The notes: generated by a model from the letters alone, not told the origin. A stretch of DNA of 63,751 nucleotides from Octopus bimaculoides (GCF_001194135.2 NC_068981.1:54388050-54451800), one strand, 5' to 3'; numbered from the stretch's first letter, positions 1 to 13,870 are shown. Translations and numbers: made by a program.

Positions 1-258
1 ATATATATATATATATATATATATACTGTTTTTCTCTGTTATATTGGTGTGCTACGGTGGATTATTTAAGACTTGGCTCTTATTTCTAGCAGCTAGATGC
101 TCATTAAGCATCATTACGATATTTCATAGCTCCTTAAAGCTATCATAACTGCGTTCCACCAATGCTACTACTGGTGATATCATCAAATTTTGAATTTATC
201 CACAGATGATATGAACAGTAGTGACATCTAACTTCAAATCTCAGTGTTTGAATATTTC

Positions 259-300
<42 letters not shown>

Positions 301-1513
301 GAAATATACATGTATTTACTCTAGGATTCTTTATTATTCTATTATTAATGTTTACACCTATTATTAATATTTTGTGTAATGTGCTGATTGTAATCCTTTC
401 TGAGTGATGTAGTATTTGTTTGGTCTGTAACATTTTCTTATCTTTTCAACTTAGACTTATTCATATATATCTGGAAGCACATGAATATATATAATCTTTA
501 AAACTCTATTTGTACTCTTCTAATTATGGGAAAGTTGTTTTAATTTATATGAATATTTGAAAATCACTTTCCATTTTCTGTCTTATTCTTTCCTTGTTAA
601 TGTGTATTTGGGTAAATATAGATACATTTAAGTGTTGGTTTTCATACTGTAGAAACTTGTACTGTGATTATATTTGTGTAAATAAGGATAAGAATGAGGA
701 AGAAAGAACGTGTGTGTGTCTGTACACACTTTAAATAATAAATGAAACCCGGTGAAGACTGTTGAAATGAAACAAGATGTAACTGTTATTCTTAAAGCTG
801 ACATCACTTGCTTTTAAGTAAATATAAATCAATGATTAGGTAAATGTTAAAGCAATGAATAAAATAAGCTAACAAGCACCAAGTTAAATGCTTTCTATAC
901 TCCTTTCCTTGACAATAATTTAGTTGCTATTTCTGTTTAATATTATCTATATACTATTGTTTGTCCTTTATTTGTTATTATTGAATCTCTCATTAAGAGA
1001 AATTCTGGAATGTTGGCTGTTCTGATTACTGGATCTGTAAATACAAACTTTGATTATTTATCTCAAAGTGATAAATAATCTTTATTTCTCTCTTCAAAAA
1101 TATATTTAATGAAAAGCCTTGTATATTTTCTAATCATTTTGCTTTAACTAAGTATCACCCTTAGCCAGTGGACCTATTATTAAACATTTTTATTTTGCGT
1201 TGAAGGATTATACTCAAAATTTTGAGTCATTTACTCAACAATTTTCTATGGATTTTTTTAAACATTTTTTGTATCACCAAAGATTGATGGTAAAAACAAG
1301 TTGCAAAAATGAACCATTTCTTTGCTCAAAAATCAATTACATTAATGTTGGAACCTAAGAACTAAATTACTGAATTAACAAATTCTATGAGATTTGTTTT
1401 TCTCCTGAGAGATCAAACCTGAACTTCTAAAAATTGTAGCTTTTACAATTAAGTCATGTATACAGCTTCACTTGTATTAATTTGGAATTAAGCTATTAAT
1501 ATACATACACACA

Positions 1514-1850
1514 TATGGCCATGTGATTAAGAAGTTTGTTTTGCAACCATGTGGTTTTCCACTGCATGGTACCGTAGGTGTTGTCTGTTACAGCACCAAG
1601 CCTAAGAATGCTGTGTGAGAGAATTTGGTAGACAGAAACTACAGGAAACCCATCTTGTGTGTGTGCATGCATGAGTGTGCACGGTGAACTTCCTTCCTGT
1701 AGTTTTGTCTATTAAATTCCCCTACCCAGCTGGGTTTATAATAGAAGACACCCCAAGTACCATTGTTGTAAGAGCCAACCCAAAACCACATGGTTGCAAA
1801 TTGAACTTCTTAACTTACCTTATCTACACAGCCATGCTTGCATGTTTATT
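1514..1850. mobile_element. Two decayed 5' halves of tRNA-derived SINE family A, + copy (about 1514-1670) and - copy (about 1690-1850)
   Basis: atggccatgtgattaagaagtttg...ggtagacagaaactacaggaa, followed by its diverged reverse complement ending acacagccatgc. Confidence 0.6.
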
Positions 1851-1955
1851 GATGGTTCAATCTCACGTTAATCTGACAGGAAATTAAGACTTTTCTGTAG
1901 AAAGAGAAACCTTTAGGAACTCAAGTTTGATCTCTTCTGACTGATGTGATGTGTA

Positions 1956-1956
<1 letters not shown>

Positions 1957-2012
<56 letters not shown>
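1957..2012. repeat. (GA)n microsatellite. Many other (TA)n, (CA)n and (ATC)n tracts occur across the window, e.g. 3240-3290, 16075-16195, 37337-37388, 48415-48470.
   Basis: Directly visible. Confidence 0.95.
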
Positions 2013-2014
<2 letters not shown>

Positions 2015-3236
2015 CATGTGGTCTAATGATTAGGGTGTTTGGCACTAGAAAGAGAACATCAATGTAAATTAGTAGTTTATATATCTATTGAGTAAACGTT
2101 TCTGAAATTATGAGGTTTTCTTGTTTCTGTTGAAATATTCATTTTTGGAGTGGGGGAGGAAAAATATAATTCAGGTGAGATATGAAGTTCAAAATATCAT
2201 TTATAATAGTTTTTATAAGAAAACCAATCTTGACAAATAGTTGAGCAGTTGTCATGGAAATTGTTGCCCAAGAAGGAATCTTTTTTTCTTCTTTTTTTTT
2301 GAGAGTCAATTAAATCTGCAGTGCCTCTTTATTTTTAGTCTGCACTTATTCAGCAGAATGCAAAAACTACACCTGAGTTTTTAAGACTCCACTAGTTTCT
2401 TTCACTCACTTTTTACTGAATAGCAGAAATCTACTTAAAAAGAATTAGTGTTATATCTTTTCAGTGCTATTTTGTTTGTTTTGTTATGTTTTTTTTTCAC
2501 AAAGGATGAGAATAAGGAAAAGTAATAATCTTATAAAAAAGAAAATACCTACTAAAGAAAACACTCATAGAACATTGGAGGCAACATGTGCCATTCTAAT
2601 CTCAGATTCTGCTTTGGAAGAATTCAATTAAAGAAAGCAATGTATTGAATAAAAGGTGAGTGGGGTATAATGAATAGCTGTTATCTTTAGAACTTTCAGC
2701 TTAAGCAACCCAAATCCAAAGAAACATGGGGTGGAGTTTTCTGGGATGAATGGGCCAGCATAGAAATAAAGAAGAATAAAAATCAATATAAATAAAATGG
2801 TAATTTAAGAAAGAAGAAAGTAAAGAACATCAGAGAAAAGTTCTACAGAAATGATGAATTAAAAATGAGTCATTGTTTCGATGCAGCACTATATGTTGGC
2901 TAAACTGTCAAAAGCTCACAGATTGGCTAATAATCTTATCTTTCTTGCTTTTTAAGTTATCTTATTTTGATATATATTTCTTTTATTAATTACATGCAGT
3001 AGTTATATATTTATATATATATATATATATATATGCATTTAATGTTGACTGTTTGAAGAGAGTGCTTGATACCATAGTAAAAACTAATGATTATTTTATT
3101 TTGATTGAGTTGGTCTCTTGTCTGAAGAACTGGTGCACACACTGGTGAAACTAAGAGTAGCAAGAGATTAACTTAACCAAAATAATATATGTCATCATCA
3201 TCATCGTTTAATGTCCACCTTCCATGCTAGCATGGG

Positions 3237-3290
<54 letters not shown>

Positions 3291-3924
3291 GCATGCGAGT
3301 AAAGATAAATACAAAAAAGGTGTTTTTTTTGTATGATTGTGTATAGAGGNNNNNNNNNNNNNNNNNNNNNNNNNNNNNNNNNNNNNNNNNNNNNNNNNNN
3401 NNNNNNNNNNNNNNNNNNNNNNNNNNNNNNNNNNNNNNNNNNNNNNNNNNNNNNNNNNNNNNNNNNNNNNNNNNNNNNNNNNNNNNNNNNNNNNNNNNNN
3501 NNNNNNNNNNNNNNNNNNNNNNNNNNNNNNNNNNNNNNNNNNNNNNNNNNNNNNNNNNNNNNNNNNNNNNNNNNNNNNNNNNNNNNNNNNNNNNNNNNNN
3601 NNNNNNNNNNNNNNNNNNNNNNNNNNNNNNNNNNNNNNNNNNNNNNNNNNNNNNNNNNNNNNNNNNNNNNNNNNNNNNNNNNNNNNNNNNNNNNNNNNNA
3701 TATTTATATTTATATATTTGATCCTTTATATTGAACACTCAATATTTCATCTACATTCAATACTTTATTTCATGGTGCCATCCATTTTTATTTTATTTTA
3801 TTTTATATTATATATTGTATATTATATTATATATTGTATATTCCATATTCTATACCCCACATTGGTTCTGCAGGAATATAAATAAAACATAAAAAACAGA
3901 CAGTGTTGGAACTCTTTTAAACAA

Positions 3925-3969
<45 letters not shown>

Positions 3970-5158
3970 CGCACACACACACACATATCTTTCTTCTGTC
4001 TCTCTGTACACTTCTATTAGCATGTGTATATTTGTTTGTGTTCTTTGTTAGTACATATGTGTTCTTTCATGTGTTAATGTGGTGTATGTGTGTGTGTATA
4101 CATGCTAAGATACACCATATGTGTACACACAAATATGCAAAATTCTTTAAAGATTGTTCATAGCCATGAAGTGTAGACATACAACAAGACTGCTTTGTAG
4201 TTGCTCAGTTTGTTTAATATCTTCAAAATGGGAAACAGTTTTGATTTGTAGAGCTTTAGGAAGTATGCTCACAATAGAAACAACATAGCTTTGTATTGAG
4301 CATCGATCTAACAATTCTTTACTGGCTACCTCTGTACTATTGATGCACTAACCATTTATATACAAGTCTGGCAAAAGAAAGCTGACCAGAATACTGAAAA
4401 ATATTGTATTGGATATGGGTTAGCTTTCAGTCATTTAGCCTATTATAAATGAAATTGGTATTTATTATTTTATTTATTTTGGAATTAAAAAATTTTTTTT
4501 TGCTGCTTTCACAGATTGCCATGACTCTGTTGCCATCCAATTCCATTATTATGAATTTGAATTGGGAGCTTTTATTAGCTGATTACACAACCATGGATGC
4601 CACCCCTATCAATGTGTTGCAGTTACTCTCTTGATAGAGCTTGGTGATCATGACTGTTGATCTAGGATTTCTCTACTCAGCACAAATGTAAGAAGCACCA
4701 TTGGCTTAGTTGAACTCTTCTGCTACTTCTTCACAATCCACCATGCTGCAGTACCATGACTTTTCTGTATCCCTGTCAGGGTGGCTGAACAGGTGCTATG
4801 CCTAGCCAAAGAGCAACTCATAACTATGCAGGAATTTAAACTGATATTTATGGATGGATAAAATCATTCCATTACAATTATCTTTCTTTAATGAAGGAAA
4901 TGGCAATTTCTGAAACAATAGGGAAGATTTTGTTGTATATTTAATACCTAGATATTTGGAAGTAGCAAAAATGTAATAAAAATTAAGGGGTAAAAATATT
5001 TCTCTTGGTGACTGATGTAATATCAAAAGACCTAAAATGATTGTATGTAAGAAGAGGAATCAAATAATTGAGGACCTCTTTAGATAAGAATCTCAATCAT
5101 TTATTATAATATTGGCCACAGTATGTTGGCTTTGTATTATATTATCAATAATTTTATA

Positions 5159-5500
5159 GGTGCAGATATGGCTGTGTGGTTAAGAAGTTTACTTTGAAAC
5201 ATGTGGTTTTGGGTTCAGTTAGGTGTCTTCTACTATAGCTCCAGGCTGACGAACACCTTGTGAGGGAATTTGGTGTGGAAGCCTGCCGTGTGTGTGTGTG
5301 TTTGTGTTTGTCCCCTGTAACCACTTGACAGCCAGTGTTGGTTCGTTTGCATCGCCATAACTTGGTGGTTTGGTAAAAGAGGCTGATAGAATAGGTACCA
5401 GATTTAAAAATAAAGTTCTGGTGTTGATTTGTTTAACTAAACTCTTCAGTATTTTGCACCAGCATGGCCACAGTCCAATGACTAAAACAAGTAAAAGATA
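5159..5500 (+). mobile_element. Full-length tRNA-derived SINE family A (CORE-like, probably an octopus OR-type SINE)
   Basis: Head gcagatatggctgtgtggttaagaag...gggttcagtt, internal (GT)n, tail agcatggccacagtccaatgactaaaacaagtaaaagata. More than 10 related copies in the window. Confidence 0.8.
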
Positions 5501-5694
5501 TTGCGGCAGTATACAATAAATAAATGTGACTGATATATTAATCAGAAGATGGTTTCCATTCCAAAGTAGTTAATAATATCTAGCTTTGTTATCAAGGAAC
5601 GTAATTACTGAGAATTGTTATTAACTAGATAGCGTGAAGTACAAATGGTTTTATTTAGTTTAATTCAATGACTGTGTTAATGTGTATAGATCAT

Positions 5695-6942
5695 ATCTTT
5701 CTTTTACTTGTTTAAGTCATTAGACTGTGACCATGCTGGGGTACTGCCTTGAAGAATTTTTAGTCAAATGAATTGGCCTCAGTACTTATTTTTTTCTAAG
5801 CCTGGTACTTATTCTATCAGTTCTTTTGCCGAATTGCTAAGTTACAGGGATGTACGAGGTCTGATCAATAAGTATCCAGACTGTTGCCATAGTAATGAAG
5901 CTAAAGCATGCAGAGTGAAGCTGCTAAGCACAAATTGACCATGAACTCTGTTGTGCATGCGCACTAAGTTTTAGCATTCTAGCTCACTTCCACTGTTTAC
6001 GACAGTCCTTGGAAGGAAGGTGTGTAGTGTGTGATCGTCGCATTGACCATGACAGAGCAAGTTGTCATGGTGATACTAACTGCTCAGAGGACTGTGCAAA
6101 GTTGTAGAGAGCGTATGGAGAGGAGTGTACGAGAGGTTCAGACATTTCCAAGATGTCCAAAAAAATGTTGATATTGATGAACGTTCTGAGAGACTCGCAA
6201 CTAGCAGAAGTGAGAAAAACATCACAGATGTGTGTGCAGCTGTGAGGGGAAATCATGGAATCATCATCCATGAGTTTTCAGAGGATGTGAAGATTAGTTA
6301 TGGTTCAGTTCAGATCATTATCACTGAAGATTTGAGTATGAGACGCATGTCTGCCAAGTTTGTGCCAAAACTGCTTTCAACTGACCAAAAAGATACTTGA
6401 GGTTTCAGTTGCACAAGATCTCCTTGATTGTGTTGAGAACGATAAAAACTTTTTGAAAACTTTGCATAGGCCGCTGAGCAGGTATCACCAAGCTTTTGGC
6501 AAAATTTGATGGAGATTTTCTGCTCAACTTCCTCTGTTGTGGTCAATATGATGATAACACTCTACACACCTTCCTTCTGAGCACTGCTGTAAACAGTGGA
6601 AGCGAGTTAGAACATTAAAAATTAGTGTGCATGCACAGCAGAGTTCAAGGTCAATCTGTTTCAAGCAGCTTCACTCTGCATGCTTTAGTTTCATTACTAT
6701 GGTAACAGTCTGGATACTTATCGATCAGACCATGTAAACACATCAACACCATTTGTCAAATGGTGATGGGGGACAAATACAGACACAGAGACACTCACAT
6801 GCAAATATACAGGTGTTGGACAAAATAATGGAAACACCTTAAAATTTCAAACACACACACATATGTATATATGCACATGCACACGTGACAGGCTTCTTTC
6901 AGTTTCCATCTACCATTTCCACTTACAAAGCTTTGGTCAGCC
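5695..6942 (-). mobile_element. SINE family A copy interrupted by the mariner derivative at 5855-6734
   Basis: Sequence ...ttacagggatgTA resumes as TAaacacatcaacacc...; other copies read ttacggggatgtaaacacacc uninterrupted (e.g. 14341). Confidence 0.8.
5855..6734. mobile_element. Non-autonomous fold-back mariner derivative with transposase N-terminal (HTH) remnants on both strands
   Basis: TA target duplication (5853-5854 and 6735-6736). TIR cgaggtctgatcaataagtatccagactgtt. ORF 6125-6400 (DERSERLATSR...MRRMSAKFVPKLL) and ORF 6310-6546 minus (EQKISIKFCQKLG) are mariner N-terminal motifs. Confidence 0.9.
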
Positions 6943-7899
6943 TCACAAGGATATGGTGACGATATCACTGTCATGCAAGCAGTGTACTTCATTCCCAATC
7001 TTGTCTGGAAAACATGCCAAACCATGGGAAAATATTACCTTATTTGGAAACAGGTTAGTGTTGGCTAAAGGAAGGGAATCCAGCCGTAGAAAAATTACCT
7101 CAACAAATTCTACCCAACCCATATGAGCATGGTAAAGTAGATGTGGCAGCGACTGCTGCTGCTTCATCATATGCTTATTAATATAGTGTATATAATGTGT
7201 TTATGTTTACAAGTATTAATACAAACTACTCTTTGAAAGATGCTAAATTGTGGAGTTCATATCTTGTCTCTCGTTTGGACATTTAATTCTTTATCTCATT
7301 TTGCTTTGGTTTTAGTGAATAGTTTCTGGATGCTGTGCTTATGTAATCTGTGGTAGACTAGCATCTTATTCAAAGGAAGATTTATCATTCCTCTGTTTAA
7401 TGCTACAGAGTCTGAAATTAAGCATAAACTTTATAAACCTCTGATTTTCTGGTCATATTATTATATAATCTCCTCACACCAGCCATTAGTACGGAATTGT
7501 CATTAAAAATGATTCTGTTCTATGGGCTTATTACTGAACTTTTATTATTATGGCAGCTTTAAAAACAATGATGAATTTATGATGCAAGGGCAAACTAACA
7601 TTATCTATTGATCTTGGAAAAAAAAATTCTTTCCCTTGATTAAATTGTACAAATTATGCCATATGTAGTGAGGATGATAGGGAAAACAGTTGACTGTCTT
7701 TAAAGTCTTCAGATCTTGGTAGACTGTACTGTTTATATATCCAATGTAATTTTGTTGTTATTAGATAAGAAATTATAGAAACACTGTGCACATATGCATG
7801 TATGTGCACTTGGGGGCTTGGAAGTAAGAAGTAATTATGTATGAAGAAATAAGCTTGATGTTAAAGGAAATATGAATGGATTAATGTTGAATAAACAGA

Positions 7900-8740
7900 A
7901 AGATGAAAGATGTATGTTGTTGACATAATTGGTGTGAATTAAACTAAGAAAATATAGCATGTGGTGAGAGACTGCATGATTTTGCAGCAACAACTCCACA
8001 TCAAAGTAGAATAGAGAAAGATACTTTTATCAGACTTCAAAATGCAAACAGAAACTTTAGAAGAGCAATGATTATTAACTCCACACTAACTGAGAAGATA
8101 GTGTAAATTATGCCAGAATTTAGTTTGTGTGTAAGTAGAAGTCTGGCTGAAGTGATACAGATACTGTGTAATTCTGTTAGAAATGTCTATATCAAGGGTA
8201 TCAACTTAAAATTCCATATCACAGAAAAAAGTGTTAGAATTCAGAGTAAAAAGTTTGACCAAGAATATTTTTGTTAACTTAAAATATATTGGTGGAGGAA
8301 AAGATTGCTGTTTGATAATTTTATAAAGAAGAATGAAAATAAAGTTATATTTACTGAGATTAGCATCTGATAATCAAATAAATCTTATGTGGAGGAAAGT
8401 AAATTATATGAATATTTCTCCATGTTCAAAGACAAGGCTTTTGATGTTACTATATATTTTAACGTGTAAAATAACCTTTATGATAGTGGATTCATAGGTA
8501 CAAGTATGTAAAGAGAAATGTATGAAGATAAGTTGGAACTGAAAATGGGAGTGTTGAAGATAGTAATGGTAGCATCTGTAGAATTATTTGTGTTGCAGTA
8601 GTAGCTGAGAAAGATTCTACTGAGATAAAAAGGATTCTGTTGTGTTGTGGAGATAAAAAGAAGTGTATTTTTGTAGTGAATTTGTATAAAAGGAAGTGGG
8701 ACAAGTGAAAATGTCAACCAGTGATGTAAGAGAGTGGATG
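7900..8740 (+). mobile_element. Heavily decayed APE-type LINE ORF2 remnant (RTE-like)
   Basis: Broken motifs VDIIGVN*TK (APE), LSDFK (similar to GDFN) and FKDKAFDV (similar to DLEKAFD), with many stops and frameshifts. Confidence 0.4.
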
Positions 8741-9224
8741 TATGATTTTCTAGCTTACAGGGTAACCAGATAAAGTTAGCTGTAAAATATTTACTAGGGT
8801 CACTGGATCAGATTTCAGGTTTCAGTTTTACTTTATTGATAGCTTTTGGAATTCTTTTACAAATGCTCACTTACATACATGTGTGACCATACACATACAC
8901 ACTTCTGTCTCTCTCTCCTGCTCTCCACCCCCTCTCTCAATTATTCAGAAAAGCTTATACTTTGTGTAGTGTATGTACAGTGTTTGCACATGTGCAGTAC
9001 ACTTATATTTACACATGATGTTCATCTCAGCACAAAACTTCAAATTTTGTGTAGTAGTATAGTTGATGAGTTTGATCCTCCCTACCTAATTAGTACTTAT
9101 TCTATTGACCCAAGAAGGGTAAAAAGCAAAACTACCCATACCAGGATTTGAACTCAGAATGTAAAGGAACACTCTAAATACAACAAATCATTTTATTGAC
9201 TCCCCTACCAATTCTGCCATATTC

Positions 9225-9790
9225 TTTTATTCTTCAACTTGTTTCAGTCATTGGACTGTGGCCATACTGGGGCACCACTTTAAAAGGTCAAATAAATCCA
9301 CCCCAGTACTTTTTTTTTAAAGTTTGGTACTTATTCTATCAGATTCTTTTGCTGTGCTGATGCCACATAAAAAGCACCCAGTCCATGCTGTAAAGTGGTT
9401 GGTGTTAGGAAAGGCATCCAGCTGTAGAAACCATGCCACAACAGACAAATGGAGCCTGGTGTAGCTCTCCAGCTTACCAGCTCCTGTCAAACCATCCAAA
9501 GCCATGTCAGTATGGAAAATGGACATTAAAAGATGATGAGAAACCACTAAGTTACAGGAACATAAACAAACCAAAACCAGTTGTCAAGCGGTAGTGGGAA
9601 TAAACAAAATTACATGCACACACACACACAATGAGCTTCCACATAGTTTCCGTCTACTAAATTTCCTTACAATGCATTGAACTGTCTCAGGCTCTGGTAA
9701 AAGACACTTGCCCAAGGTGCTGCTCAGTGGGACTGAAATCAAATTGTTGTGGCTGTAAAGAGACCTTCTTAACCACACAGCCATGCCTAA
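9225..9790 (-). mobile_element. SINE family A copy split by a + strand RTE-tail repeat (about 9350-9540)
   Basis: Family A tail at 9225-9345 and head at about 9560-9790 flank gtggcacataaaaagcaccc-like...ggacattaaaagatgatg sequence. Confidence 0.65.
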
Positions 9791-10964
9791 TTTTAATTCC
9801 TAACACTGGTACATTGTCATAAATTTTGATCTCAGAATTTGACTGGTATTTAACTTTATTGAATGGACTGTGGAATGGAAAAAGACAAAAGCTGGAATTT
9901 GAAATTAGAATCAGACTATAAAAGACTAAGACTAAATACTGTAAGACACTTTGTCTAACATTCCAATGGTTCTGCTTATCCACCACCTTAATCCTTTAGC
10001 ATCAAAACTACCCAATTTAAGTTCAAATTGGCTGGATCTGGCCTCTTGCATCTACCCTATAATGTCATTCTAAAAATAGGCAATCATATCATCAAAATCT
10101 TCAAGTTGCAAGATAGGGCCTGATTAATTCAAAATAACGGGAGTAAATAAGTTTAACATTTGACAGAGTAATCTAAATGCTAAAGGGTTAAATATAACAG
10201 TGAAAATAAAATATACTGAAACATCTTAGAATGAAAAAAATTGCCATTAAACAGACTAGAAGGCAATCAAATTTACAAACATGATATACTGTTTAAATTC
10301 TTTTATATAAGAAATAATAGACTGGTACCTCAATTTTCAACTTTTTGTCTCTCTACAACATTATTACTGACTCATACATCAAGAGATCTTAATAATCTAT
10401 TTGATGTATATCAGAGAAGTTATCTTGATAAATCTTTTCAAACATGAAAAATGTTTGGTTATAGTGGATTAAACTTGATAACTTTAAAATTTTCATTATG
10501 ACTGCTTGTTATCTAACTAGATTAAACTAGATAACTTTGAAAGCATCCTAATTTAAATATGAAATATTCTCATGTTTGTGCCTGTTGGCATGGCTGCATG
10601 GTAAAGAGGTGCAATTTGAAACCACGCAGTTCCCGATTTGCACAAGTGTGTTACATTTTAGCCTTGGTCTTACCAGTACCTTGGGAGAGAAATTAAAACC
10701 ATTTAAACATAATTTATGATATTTTATGTATGATTGAATTATAATGATATGATCTTACCAATTCCTATCTTCTGGAAACACTTTGATAAGTATCAGGCAA
10801 AAATACTGGGGTCAGTATAACTGTCAGTGTCAGTTATGACGATGTTTCAGTCGATCAGATTAACTGAAGAGCCTGCTCATGAAATTAATGTGCAAGTGGC
10901 TGAGCACTCTACAGACATGCATACCTTTAATGTAGTTCTCATGGAGATTCAGCTTGAAACAGGA

Positions 10965-11630
10965 CACTCTGAGAGTGTAGTAGCTAGAATAAGAATAGCC
11001 TGGGCAAAGTTGAGAGAGCTTCTACCTCTGCTGGCAAGCAAGGGCTTCTCGCTCAAGATGAAAGGTAGACTGTATGATGCATGTGTGCGAACTGCCATGC
11101 TACACAGCAGTGAAACATGGGCCATGACTGCTGAGGACATGCATAGGCTTGAAAGAAATGAAGCTAGTCTGATCCACTGGATGTGTAATGTCAGTGTGCA
11201 TGCACAACAAAATGTGAGTGCTCTGAGAGAAAAGTTGGACATAAGAAGCAGGAAATGTGGTGTGCAAGAGAGACAATTATGCTGGTATGGTCATGTGTTA
11301 CATATAGATGAGGACAGGTGTGTGAGGAAGTGCCACACCCTAACTATGGAAGGAACCTGTGGAAGAGGTAGACCCAAGAGGACATGGGATAAGGTGGTGA
11401 AGCATGATCTTTGAACATTGGGCCTCACAGATGCAATGACAGGAGATTGAGACCTTTGGAGATATGCTGTGGTTGAGAAGACTCAGCAACTAAAGTGAGA
11501 TTGCAGCCATGGCCGATGCCAGTGTTGAATGTCCAGGTGACTGTTGGAGACAGGAAGACCTTCTGACTGAAAAAATTCTATCTTACCCATGCAACTATGG
11601 AAAAGTGGATGTTAAATAATAATAATTGAT
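10965..11630 (+). mobile_element. 5'-truncated RTE-clade LINE (ORF2 C-terminus plus 3' UTR)
   Basis: ORF 10827-11414 contains RIRIAWAKLRELLPLL...KGRLYDACVRTAMLHSSETW...WYGHVLH...GRGRPKRTWDKVVKHDL, a typical RTE post-RT region. Confidence 0.9.
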
Positions 11631-12923
11631 GATGCTGACATCAAGGAAGAGGAGAATGATGATGATATTGCCACCACTACCTTCTTCTTCATCATCATCA
11701 TTATCCTCATTGCTTTAATATCTGCTTTTCTATGCTAGAATAGGTTAGGCAAAACTTATTGAAACAATTGTTCAATGGCTGAGTACCCCTTGCCTGAATT
11801 TGGAAATTGTTGTATTATTATGCATCAGATTGGATTAGAAAATTTTGATCTGTGATAGACTGGCATCCCACCTGAGAGGAGGTTTGTTTAATTTTTACAT
11901 CATCACATGAACTAGAATTCAGTAGCGGCTTGGTGCATTGTGTTATGTTTGGAATTATTGTATTTCTACTAAAAATATTCTCTACTTATGAATGAAAGCT
12001 AGGAGGAATAATGATATTTGTGAAAATGAGCTGAGTATAAATATTCACTCTTCTTTTCAGCATGCACGCACGCATGCAGAGAGAGAGAGAGAGAGAGAAT
12101 AAATAAAATCATCAATAACAGCAATAACAACAATTTTATCTATTTGATGTACTCACTGCAATAGTAATAAGAATATAATGCTTATAGTACAGAATGTTTA
12201 CTTTTGATAAGTCAATAAAAATATGTTTGTTTGTGTGCTAATATTTATGCATGTGGGTAGCTTTAACACCAGATGGTGAATTATTATTAGAGTGTAGTAC
12301 AGTTTGCTTTTACTCAGAAGCATATGTTTTATTAGCAACCTCAAGTTTTGTCAGTTGCAGAATTCTATGTGTGTGTTTCATGGCTTATTCATATTATTAA
12401 TATTATCCATTTCATCAAAAACCATGCCAAAACAGACACAGAAACATGGGGTAGGCAGGAACCTGCCCAACTTCTGTCAAACTGTCCAACCCATGCCAGC
12501 ATGGAAGGGAGGATGTTAAACAATAATGATGACCACCACTGACATTATTTTTACATCTGCTTTTTTCTTTCTATGTCATTGGATGAAATAAAATTGTCAT
12601 GCATAATGACATTTTTATATTTTGCTTGACCCTATCACAGAAATCATAAGCTCCATATTCTTTATAACAACAATCTCTATTACCTTGTAATTATAGAGTT
12701 GAGGCATTTTTGTCACATTCTAACTACCAATGCAATAAATTACTTTTGCTACTCCAAAACGAAAGGGTTTGTCTGATATGTACAGCACTGGTCCTGTTTA
12801 CATGTTCTCATTTTTTAAATGGTAATTAAACTACTTGTACACTATAGACAAATTTGTTGCAGAATATTTTAAAATCAAATTGGAAGAATCTAATCTAATG
12901 AATAATTATAAATAATTGTAGAG

Positions 12924-13293
12924 GTAGGCATGGCTGTAGTGTGAAAAAACTTGCTTTGTAACCACATGGTTTTGGTTTCAGTTTCACTGTGCAGCACCTT
13001 GGCAAGTGTCTTCTGTCATAGCCTGAAGCTGACCAATGCTTTGTGAGTGAATTTGGTAGAAGGAAACTGTGTAGAAACCTATTTAGTGTGTGTTTGTATG
13101 TGTGTTCCTCTCTTCACTGTTTGGCAACTGATGCTGGTTTGCTTACATCCCTTTAACTTACATATTTTGCAAAAGAAACTGATAAAATAAGTACCAGACT
13201 TCAAAAATATGTGCTAGGTTTGGTTAGTTCTAAACTCTTCAAGATAGTCTCCCAACATGGCCACAGGCCAATGACTAACGTAAGTAAAAGATA
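12924..13293 (+). mobile_element. Full-length SINE family A copy
   Basis: Same head, core (caccttggcaagtgtcttc) and tail as 5159-5500. Confidence 0.8.
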
Positions 13294-13489
13294 AATTACA
13301 ATTATAGCCTTATATATTTCTGGAGAAACAGTTATAAGAGTAGTTCTTAACTAAAAGCAAACTACATTGCATTTGTTGATCTGAAAAAAAAAAAAGAAAA
13401 AGAAACCCTGTAACAAATTCTCAGAAACTGTATTTTTTTGGTTGCTATATAGCTATGTGAATGTATTGTAGGGGAATTTAGGCAATGCG

Positions 13490-13870
13490 CAAGGGGACAC
13501 AAACAATATTAGGATTGACAGTAATCAGTGGGAAATTTAGTGTACCGGTGAAAGTGCTTTGGGACTTTGTCTTAAGTCTCTGGATTTACATATTCAGCAA
13601 TTATTGTCTATAAGACACTTAATGCACTGATGACTAGGCTACCATTGCAGACTTTATCCAAAAATATCAAAAAAGACCAAAACATGGAAACAGTCTAGAG
13701 CAAAAATGTCTTAAGATAGATGTGGTCAAGTCTAAAGTTTGAGCTAGCAGGAGAGAACAGAATGACTTAGTGTTACATTCTTGTAAAACCAGATAGTTTT
13801 GCATCAGAGTTAGTCTCAGATGAATTTGCATCAAAAGAGTTTATGCAATAGAGTGCAAGGACTAGTTGAC
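13490..13870 (+). mobile_element. Decayed RTE RT-core fragment
   Basis: VLWDFVLSLWIYI (similar to GVHQGSVLSPLLF), TDD*ATIAD (similar to YADDLALIA), SLEQKCLKIDVVKSKV*ASRR. Confidence 0.6.

Noticed and set aside
2505-2655. Exon-like segment with a pyrimidine tract plus AG and a strong AAG|gtgagt donor
   Set aside because: All three frames contain stops and there is no similarity to the expected ZNRF3 first exon. At most a cryptic or non-coding exon, with no support from sequence alone.
3277-3885. Three long ORFs in the ORF track
   Set aside because: They are open only because they cross the 350-N gap.
4480-4830. Relatively GC-balanced stretch that looked like coding debris
   Set aside because: No motif recognisable in any frame.
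10827-10964. N-terminal part of the 195-aa ORF as a host gene
   Set aside because: Only the part from about 10965 resembles RTE ORF2; the upstream part is chance open frame.
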